A stretch of 50,319 nucleotides of DNA from assembly GCA_964589635.1 (NCBI GenBank), contig CAZPRI010000001.1, positions 1 through 50,319 of the forward strand. Reading direction: 5' to 3'. This stretch comes from an uncultured Candidatus Saccharibacteria bacterium. Its GTDB lineage: Bacteria; Patescibacteriota; Minisyncoccia; Phycocordibacterales; JAACPR01. Under the pieces are notes generated by a model, which saw only the letters and a list, made by a program, of their open reading frames with translations, ran no database searches and was not told the DNA's origin. Made by a program: the position numbers and the translations under genes. Every line of letters begins with the position of its first letter. Within the stretch, counting starts at the first letter, position 1. Positions 44,414 through 50,319 of the stretch are shown in pieces.

Positions 44414-44965
44414 ATGAATCTAAAAAAGATAGATTATTTTTCATTAGCTTTTATTTTGATAAATATTTTCCTACTTTTTATTTCTGAACCTAAGTGTGAC
44501 TCAGGTGGGTGTGCTTATTTCTATGTTCTTTATGCTATTCCATCCTTGGTAATAGGGATATTTTTCTATTTATTGTTTAGGAAGATAGAGTCAAAGACTG
44601 AAGAAAGTGTTGTTCCGATTAGTGATTTGAATGATTATAGGATTATTCAAGATGAAAAAAAGAGAAAAATTATTTACTGGATTCTTAACTTAAACTTGTT
44701 ATTTCAGGTTGTCGTATTTTTGATAGTCAAAATGTTTGATATAGATATGGAACAACTCGTCGGAGATTCTTTTTTAGCTTTACCTTATTTTATCTCTAGT
44801 ATTCTACTATTGGCGTGGATAATTATTCCTGTAGAATTTATTCGTTTACAAAATATCCAAAGGAATTTATTAAAAGTTAAGTCATTTATAAGAATAATTT
44901 CATATGTCTTATATTTTGGTTTGTGGATTTTTTATACTTTCATGGTTTGGAGTAATCTGTATTAG
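44414..44965 (+). CDS. Polytopic membrane protein
   Basis: 183 aa with about 5 TM segments. Confidence 0.6.
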   Translation: MNLKKIDYFSLAFILINIFLLFISEPKCDSGGCAYFYVLYAIPSLVIGIFFYLLFRKIESKTEESVVPISDLNDYRIIQDEKKRKIIYWILNLNLLFQVVVFLIVKMFDIDMEQLVGDSFLALPYFISSILLLAWIIIPVEFIRLQNIQRNLLKVKSFIRIISYVLYFGLWIFYTFMVWSNLY

Positions 44966-44981
44966 GGAAATAAAGTGTTTC

Positions 44982-44997
44982 ATGGGGTCAGACCCCT
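44982..44997. repeat. REP-like unit
   Basis: ATGGGGTCAGACCCCT. Confidence 0.6.
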
Positions 44998-45010
44998 AAA
45001 TCAAAAGAAC

Positions 45011-45481
45011 TTAGTCTCTAGGTAATATATATGCTTTTCCATAATCTTTTTCGCCCAATAATAAAGAATTTTGGAAGTTCTTTATTATTCCTAGGTTTCC
45101 TTGTCTTTTATCCTCTTTTTTCGAGTTTTCAATAATTTGAATTGACTCTTCTATTTTTTTAATATTTCCTTCCAAAAAAGCAATTGTAGCGGATACATAA
45201 GTATTCCAAAGTTCTGATCTATTCAGAAAAAAAGAAAGTTTAAAGAACTCGATTGCTTCACTGTAATGTTCTGTTCCTGAAAAAGCTAACAATTGACCGA
45301 TATGAAAATACATAATCTCTATATCGGTAACTCTTTCTTTATTTGTATTAATATATTCTTTGATTAAATCTGCCGCTTCAATATGTTTTTTTAAAGCGGA
45401 GAGGCTTCTCCAACTAATAGGGGATACGTCAAATTCTTCGGGGTTCATTTGTAGTAAAATTTTCTTGCTTTCTTCTGTCAT
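45011..45481 (-). CDS. Hypothetical helical-repeat (TPR-like?) protein
   Basis: 156-aa ORF. Confidence 0.5.
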   Translation of the reverse strand: MTEESKKILLQMNPEEFDVSPISWRSLSALKKHIEAADLIKEYINTNKERVTDIEIMYFHIGQLLAFSGTEHYSEAIEFFKLSFFLNRSELWNTYVSATIAFLEGNIKKIEESIQIIENSKKEDKRQGNLGIIKNFQNSLLLGEKDYGKAYILPRD

Positions 45482-45542
45482 GTTCTAAATATATCATTTT
45501 TTATAAAAGAAAACCTCGACCAAATTATCGGGGCTATAATTC

Positions 45543-45579
45543 TTGCTCGTAGCAATGTCCGAGTGGTTGCTACGAGCAA
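45543..45579. repeat. GC-rich 13-bp-stem hairpin, family member 2 (opposite orientation)
   Basis: TTGCTCGTAGCAA-TGTCCGAGTGG-TTGCTACGAGCAA. The loop shares GAGTGG with the reverse complement of member 1. Confidence 0.8.
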
Positions 45580-45583
45580 AGAG

Positions 45584-45600
45584 ATGGGGTCTGACACCAT
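45584..45600. repeat. REP-like unit
   Basis: ATGGGGTCTGACACCAT. Confidence 0.6.
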
Positions 45601-45608
45601 TTACAATA

Positions 45609-46010
45609 TTATTTTGTCACTTCGTCAGCACTTAATTTACTTTTATTTTTCTCAACAATATAAGCATTTTTTAGAAGAATAATAGTGAAAATTAATATAC
45701 CAATGAAGAGATAAACAGGTGTCATGCTTGAATAAAAATCACCTTGTTCGTTTCTGTTGTTTTCAATATAAACCGCAATGTTTACAACAGTTAAAAATCC
45801 AGAATACAAACCAGCCAAAATAATTCCGGTTTTACTCCCTTTTTTTACAAAATAAATAATTGGCAAAATAAGAATTGCTAAAAACGATCTAAACCAAAAT
45901 GTTATAAGAAAAATTACACCGAGTATAATAACTGATTTTCCCCTCGAAGTCTCATACCATTTTAAAGAGTTGTAATTTTTTATCTCTTTTTTGATTTCTT
46001 CCTTAGTCAT
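45609..46010 (-). CDS. Membrane protein (3-4 TM)
   Basis: 133-aa hydrophobic ORF. Confidence 0.55.
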   Translation of the reverse strand: MTKEEIKKEIKNYNSLKWYETSRGKSVIILGVIFLITFWFRSFLAILILPIIYFVKKGSKTGIILAGLYSGFLTVVNIAVYIENNRNEQGDFYSSMTPVYLFIGILIFTIILLKNAYIVEKNKSKLSADEVTK

Positions 46011-46012
46011 AA

Positions 46013-46597
46013 TTATCTATTTATTTTAAAGCTATTAATAGCAACAATGAAATCATCTTTCATTGAATCGAAATCATTAGAATTTGCTGTTGTTGAAATT
46101 ATGTATAAAACATTTTTATAAAAAAATTGATATGACTCAAACGTATCTTCTGAAACAGAACTGCCAATCGAACTAGGTCCACTAAATTTTACCCAATACG
46201 CAGGAATTTGATCAATAAACATTTCTTTGAATTCAAAATTTCTAACACCAGGAAGGGTTTTCTCCATATCTGCTTTTGTATCTTCTTTGAAATCTCCAAA
46301 ATCAACAAGGTCTTTTATGGTTTTATCTTCCCAAGACACTGCCTCAATTACTAATGGGACATCTCTGATTGCAAGAGAAATAGTGGCACTTCCTCTTGTT
46401 GCTTTTTGTACAACAGCTTTTGAGTCGCTAGATTCTCTAGTACTAATTTGCCACCCTTCTGGGAAAGTTACAGAAAAATTATATGCTGTATTTTGATAAG
46501 TTAAATTTTCTACTTTAGAATATTTTTGGTCGGTATTAGTCGCTGGGCGAGAAAATCCAAAATCAATAAATACTCCAATTATCACCAATAAAATCAT
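46013..46597 (-). CDS. Membrane-anchored hypothetical protein (possibly 5'-truncated by a frameshift)
   Basis: 194 aa. The frame stays open 31 codons upstream of the ATG without a start, and ATG 46764 in another frame encodes a hydrophobic 24-aa lead-in. Confidence 0.6.
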   Translation of the reverse strand: MILLVIIGVFIDFGFSRPATNTDQKYSKVENLTYQNTAYNFSVTFPEGWQISTRESSDSKAVVQKATRGSATISLAIRDVPLVIEAVSWEDKTIKDLVDFGDFKEDTKADMEKTLPGVRNFEFKEMFIDQIPAYWVKFSGPSSIGSSVSEDTFESYQFFYKNVLYIISTTANSNDFDSMKDDFIVAINSFKINR

Positions 46598-46816
46598 ACC
46601 AATAATCCAATATACTTTTTTAGATGACGGATAAAATCTTCGTTTAATACTTACAGCTAATGTACAAAGAACACCTGCCCTATAGAAAAACTACCAGTTT
46701 TAATAGCATTAAATAATACTACTAATAATAAAATATTTCCCGCTAATATTAATTTGTCCTTCATATATTTTAAATAAAATATTTAATATCCTTATTATAA
46801 ATTATTGTGAAATCAG

Positions 46817-46995
46817 TTATTCAATAGCTTCAGTTTTCCGCTCACCTCTCTCAATTTTCAACAAATATGATTGAGGTTTTTTAACTTCTTACTTGCTTGA
46901 ATTTGTGTCAATCGCGCTTCTAGACGAGCGGAACGAAGCTTTTCGAACAAATTCTTTTTTTTGTGAATATAGTTTCGACATAAATATATTACCAT
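46817..46995 (-). pseudogene. XRE-family helix-turn-helix gene, frameshifted in an A-run
   Basis: Upstream frame reads ...LFEKLRSARLEARLTQIQASKKL. After the A6 run (plus-strand T-run 46877-46882) the next frame reads KKPQSYLLKIERGERKTEAIE then TAA (46817-46819). Joined, they give a classic HTH_XRE helix 2-3-4 pattern. Confidence 0.6.
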
Positions 46996-47030
46996 ATTAA
47001 AACCTATTGCAGGATATACCAGTTCGAAAA

Positions 47031-47048
47031 ATGGGGTCAGACACCCCA
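47031..47048. repeat. REP-like unit
   Basis: ATGGGGTCAGACACCCCA. Confidence 0.6.
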
Positions 47049-47071
47049 AACTAAGAAAAAGCGTGGTGTAA

Positions 47072-47320
47072 TTATTTTAAATATTTTTCTATCAAAATCT
47101 CTTTCTTTTTTCTAGACCACTTTTTGATTTGAATCTCTCTTTTTCTGGTAGATGAAAGGGAAGAGTGTTTTTCTAGATAAACTAACTTGAATTGCTTTCT
47201 TTTGGTATAAGACACACCTCGGTTTTGATTGTGTTCAAGAAGCCTACGGTTTGGGTTTGATGTCACACCAACATAAATTCATTTGTTATCGAAGCTTTTT
47301 AAAATATATAGGTAGTGCAT
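47072..47320 (-). pseudogene. GIY-YIG nuclease-family gene with in-frame TGA at codon 14
   Basis: ATG 47320 reads MHYLYILKSFDNK, then TGA (47279-47281), then IYVGVTSNPNRRLLEHNQNRG...REIQIKKWSRKKKEILIEKY. GIY...YVG and the RR-L-EHN and KKWSR-KK motifs match small GIY-YIG proteins. Confidence 0.7.
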
Positions 47321-47514
47321 GAAAACAGGGTAGCAAAAAGTTCTCAAGAACTTATAAAGAAGAGTCTCTCGACTTCGTTCGACACACTCGATTCCGTTTG
47401 CATAAATTTAGTTTTCAATAAACTTTTATCCTTGCGAGTCGATATGTGGCTTGCCACGAGTGAAGCAACAAAAACACCAACCTTTTAAGGTTGGTGTTTT
47501 TGTTGCGGAATCGA

Positions 47515-47531
47515 GTGGAGATGGGGGGAAT
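47515..47531. repeat. Direct repeat, distal copy of the tmRNA 3' end (att-like)
   Basis: GTGGAGATGGGGGGAAT is identical to 47737-47753. Confidence 0.9.
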
Positions 47532-47686
47532 CGGTCACAAGTCACTAAGTATAATTGTTCGTTCGTAAACTCACTCCAATTCTACTAAGTGCTCGCGACC
47601 CCGACTCAGCGACCCAGGTCCTCGTTGTCACTCAGACACAGGGTGCCCCGCTTCCGTCTTTCAATTCCCACTACATACACCACTAG

Positions 47687-47720
47687 AAAAAATAAAAAAC
47701 ACCTTGCTGTCGCAAGATGC
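47687..47720 (-). terminator. Rho-independent terminator of ssrA
   Basis: Minus-strand RNA CAUCUUGC-GACA-GCAAGGUG (the U-G wobble pairs only on this strand) followed by UUUUUUAUUUUUU. Confidence 0.8.
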
Positions 47721-47736
47721 TTTTTAGTTTTTCTAT

Positions 47737-47753
47737 GTGGAGATGGGGGGAAT
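47737..47753. repeat. Direct repeat, proximal copy (T-loop to 3' acceptor of tmRNA)
   Basis: GTGGAGATGGGGGGAAT. Confidence 0.9.
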
Positions 47754-48108
47754 TGAACCCCCGTGCACATAATGCTTCAGAATGAATCTACAAGATATAG
47801 TTGCTTTTTGGTTTTTTTAAACAGTGAATCTATAAAAGAAACAAAACAATTCAAAGTCGATCCCTAATTTAAATTTATAGCTGGGCGACTACAAACCTAG
47901 CTTCGCGTTTTTAACACCCGCTCAATCTACGAAGCCTCGAAAGATTGGGTGTCACTTAGGCTGTAGCGTAAGCGAATGCGAAATCGTTTGCCTTAAAGTA
48001 AGGACTTACAATATTTTTTGCATTTGAATTTTTAAGCAGTTTCAGTGGTTACTTAAGCCACACCTTGCACATAAAGAAGTGAATTATATGTCGATGCCAA
48101 GCATCCCC
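47738..48108 (-). ncRNA. ssrA: tmRNA (transfer-messenger RNA)
   Basis: The minus strand starts GGGGAUGCUUGGCAUCGAC and ends GGGGGUUCAAUUCCCCCCAUCUCCA. The acceptor stem has a G3-U wobble. Tag ORF GCA AAC GAU UUC GCA UUC GCU UAC GCU ACA GCC UAA encodes ANDFAFAYATA (47956-47991). Length is about 371 nt and smpB is nearby. Confidence 0.88.
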
Positions 48109-48357
48109 CTCAAGCGCCCGGGGTTAACCTAGGAATCTTTTTACAGATTCCAACCTGTATCAGACGCTTGAGGGGAATTATTAAATGAGAGTATGTGTAC
48201 CTCAATTAATAATCTGAAGTTCGATCCCATATTTAGGATGAAAATCAGATTACATCAGTCTTTTCAAAGAACGTCAATATTATATCTCATTTTCTTTCTT
48301 TTGTCAAAACAGTACAAAAGCCAATATTGTATCTTTTATTTAGAATAATTTGATAAT

Positions 48358-49788
48358 ATGTTGGTAATGAAATTAAAAAATGAAGCCCTCGATAAACTTC
48401 GGGGCAAAAAAGTTTTAATGGTTGGACTTGGAATTTTGGGCGGTGGCGTAGCCACCGCAAGATTTCTTGTAAAAAGAGGAGCTAAGCTTACTATTACTGA
48501 TTTAAAGGATGAAGATTACCTAAAAAAATCACTTAAGAAACTTAAGGGATTAAAAATTACATATGTTCTTGGTAAGCATAATGAATCAGATTTTAAGGAG
48601 TCGGAATTAATTGTTTTGAACCCTGATGTCCCTGTTGATAGTCCTTTTGTAAAAATAGCAAAGAAATATAAAGTTCCGATAACAAATGAATTAAATTTGT
48701 TCATGGAATATTGTAAGAGTAAAAATATTGTCGCGATAACTGGAACAAGAGGAAAGACAACAACTGTTGCGTGGACACATTTTCTAATGAATGAACTTGT
48801 TGGTAAAACTCACTTAGCAGGGAATTCTCCAACAAATCCTTTTTTAAAAATGGTAGATAAAATAAAAGAAAATGATTTTGTTGTTTGCGAATGCCCTTCG
48901 TATCAATTAGAGATTGTGGATAAAAGTTTTAAACCAAAAGTTTCCGTTATTACAAATATTTATAGGGATCATATAAACAGACACAAGACAGAAGAGAATT
49001 ATGCAAAAATAAAATCAAATATTTTTAAGTACCAATCAAAAGATGATTTTTTGATTTTGAATAATAAAGATAAATGGACGAAGGAGTTCTTAAATAAAAA
49101 AATAAAACCAGAAGTGCTTTTAGTCCCAAATAAAAAAATACTTCCTAAACTTCCTGCTGATTTTGGTGAACATAATGAGCAGAATCTAAATATTGCTTTA
49201 TTGATAATTAATCTATTCAAAAAAGAAATTTGGGTCACAGGGCTCAAGTCGAAGATGATGATTTCTGATGAGTTGATTAGAAATCTCCCACAACCAACTT
49301 TTAGACAAGAGAAGGTTTTTGAGAGTAAAGATCTAACTGTTATAAATGATTCAGCTGCGACATCACCTGAGGCAACAATTGCTGCTTTAAATAGATTTCG
49401 AGGTTTAGGAACTTTTCTTATAACAGGAGGAACTGATAGAGGTCTTCATTATAAAGAGCTAGCAAAATTTTTAAACAAAAACATTAAAAATGAAAATCTA
49501 GCTCTACTTGCTGGTTCTGCAACAGAGAAATTAAAAGAGGATTTATCCCACACCGTCATTCCTGTGAAGACAGGAATCCAGGCCTCCAAAAATATTTTCA
49601 ACGAGTTTGATTCTTTAAAAGAGTGTATTGAATTTGTTAAAAAACAAATAGCGGAAAGCGAAAAGAAAGAAGAGAGAAGTTTTATTGTTTTTTCACCTGG
49701 AGCAAAGTCTTTCGAAAAATTCAAAAATGAATTTGATAGGGGAGAAAAGTTTAATACCTTATTCAAGAAAATATTTAAAAAATTATAG
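48358..49788 (+). CDS. murD: UDP-N-acetylmuramoylalanine--D-glutamate ligase-like Mur ligase
   Basis: N-terminal Rossmann-like VLMVGLGILGGGVATARFLVKRGAKLTITD and ITGTRGKTTT P-loop; 476 aa. Confidence 0.82.
   Translation: MLVMKLKNEALDKLRGKKVLMVGLGILGGGVATARFLVKRGAKLTITDLKDEDYLKKSLKKLKGLKITYVLGKHNESDFKESELIVLNPDVPVDSPFVKIAKKYKVPITNELNLFMEYCKSKNIVAITGTRGKTTTVAWTHFLMNELVGKTHLAGNSPTNPFLKMVDKIKENDFVVCECPSYQLEIVDKSFKPKVSVITNIYRDHINRHKTEENYAKIKSNIFKYQSKDDFLILNNKDKWTKEFLNKKIKPEVLLVPNKKILPKLPADFGEHNEQNLNIALLIINLFKKEIWVTGLKSKMMISDELIRNLPQPTFRQEKVFESKDLTVINDSAATSPEATIAALNRFRGLGTFLITGGTDRGLHYKELAKFLNKNIKNENLALLAGSATEKLKEDLSHTVIPVKTGIQASKNIFNEFDSLKECIEFVKKQIAESEKKEERSFIVFSPGAKSFEKFKNEFDRGEKFNTLFKKIFKKL
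49551..49587. repeat. GTCATYC-hairpin arm embedded in frame inside murD
   Basis: CACCGTCATTCCTGTGAAGACAGGAATCCAGGCCTCC. A 23-nt run is identical to the reverse complement of 315-337. It is translated as HTVIPVKTGIQAS. Confidence 0.85.
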
Positions 49789-49795
49789 TTAAAAC

Positions 49796-49829
49796 ATACG
49801 TCTTCCCAGCCTTCGCTGGGAAGACGTAT
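49796..49829. terminator. Hairpin between convergent murD and smpB
   Basis: ATACGTCTTCCCAGC-CTTC-GCTGGGAAGACGTAT, a 15-bp stem with weak T-runs. Confidence 0.6.
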
Positions 49830-49858
49830 AGAGGATTTATATTTTCTGGTTTGGCTTT

Positions 49859-50308
49859 TTATCTCTCTTCCTTAATTGCTCGCAGGATATCAATAGTGTC
49901 TTCTCGTTTTTTGATATATTCTCTTTTATCGCTTTTCTTTTTTCCTTTTGCAACAGCGAATTCAATTTTCAATCTTTTTGCTTTTGGGTAAACTGCTAAC
50001 GGAATCAAAGACAGTCTTTCCTTTTCAACTTTTTGAGTAAGCTTTAATATGTCTGATTTCTTAACAAGAATTTTAATGAGTCTATGGGCTTCAAAACCTT
50101 TCGGAATATTATTTGCCTGATATGGAGAAATCTCTGCATTCTTCAAAAAAAGCTCGCCACCTTTCGATATAACAAAAGAACCATCAAGTTTCATCTTGCC
50201 GTCCCTGATCGATTTAGTTTCGAATCCTGTAAGTTCAAGACCTCCTTCGAATGTATCTAGAACCTCGAAATTAAATGTAGCTTTTTTGTTGTGAATTTTT
50301 ATTGCCAT
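49859..50308 (-). CDS. smpB: SsrA-binding protein SmpB
   Basis: 149 aa with KKATFNFEVLDTFEGGLELTGFETKSIR and a basic C-terminal tail. Confidence 0.94.
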   Translation of the reverse strand: MAIKIHNKKATFNFEVLDTFEGGLELTGFETKSIRDGKMKLDGSFVISKGGELFLKNAEISPYQANNIPKGFEAHRLIKILVKKSDILKLTQKVEKERLSLIPLAVYPKAKRLKIEFAVAKGKKKSDKREYIKKREDTIDILRAIKEER

Positions 50309-50319
50309 TAACTAAAATA

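Noticed and set aside
45556-45575. tRNA-Ser/Leu D-arm-like GTCCGAGTGGTTGC, as a tRNA gene or fragment
   Set aside because: There is no cloverleaf. The motif is the loop and 3' stem of a simple hairpin repeat.
47279-47281. UGA reassignment (genetic code 25/4) or selenocysteine, suggested by the in-frame TGA in the GIY-YIG gene
   Set aside because: TGA gives sensible C-termini for the ABC exporter (38075), cassette ORF2 (32231-32233) and the 86-aa gene. None of the ~45 conserved genes has an internal TGA. No SECIS-like hairpin follows the codon. A nonsense mutation is more parsimonious.
44141-47520. Integron-like cassette array, with the hairpins and REP units as attC sites
   Set aside because: Gene orientations are mixed, there is no intI, and the hairpins lack the R''/R' GTTRRRY core sites.
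48210-48235. tRNA suggested by GTTCGATCC
   Set aside because: The flanks cannot form a T-stem (CTGAA versus CATAT) and no acceptor or anticodon arms can be drawn.

Overview
AT-rich bacterial window (about one-third G+C by eye, not computed). Positions 1-31.4 kb are a + strand ribosomal superoperon: rpsG-fusA, rplJ-rplL, tuf plus the S10 operon, the spc operon, and secY-adk-map. Several traits fit a Candidate Phyla Radiation / Patescibacteria-type genome (inference): no L30 gene between rpsE and rplO, a Zn-ribbon S14, Lys-rich extensions on r-proteins, a long NDK, several very large signal-peptide proteins and weak Shine-Dalgarno usage. The superoperon is broken at about seven places by GC-clamp terminators, new TTGAC-type promoters and lineage-specific genes. 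The most system-like insert is a three-ORF module ending in a soluble TraD/VirD4-like P-loop ATPase, wedged between rplW and rplB. Other inserts are a redox-dead DsbA-like gene between rplB and rpsS, an opposite-strand insert between rplE and rpsN, and a protease/cadherin surface protein between secY and adk. Positions 31.4-50.3 kb mix housekeeping genes (ndk, infC-rpmI-rplT, msrBA, murD, tmRNA, smpB) with accessory DNA. The accessory DNA includes a compositionally foreign two-gene cassette after map and three decayed genes: a frameshifted C39-like peptidase, a frameshifted XRE HTH and a GIY-YIG gene with an in-frame TGA. It also holds two palindromic repeat families: GTCATYC-hairpin MITE-like elements (one copy in frame inside murD) and ATGGGGTCAGAC REP-like units with covarying hairpins. 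A 17-bp duplication of the tmRNA 3' end lies 222 bp downstream of ssrA and looks like an att scar. No rRNA, tRNA or CRISPR array was seen. All coordinates and motifs were read by hand; no database search was possible.
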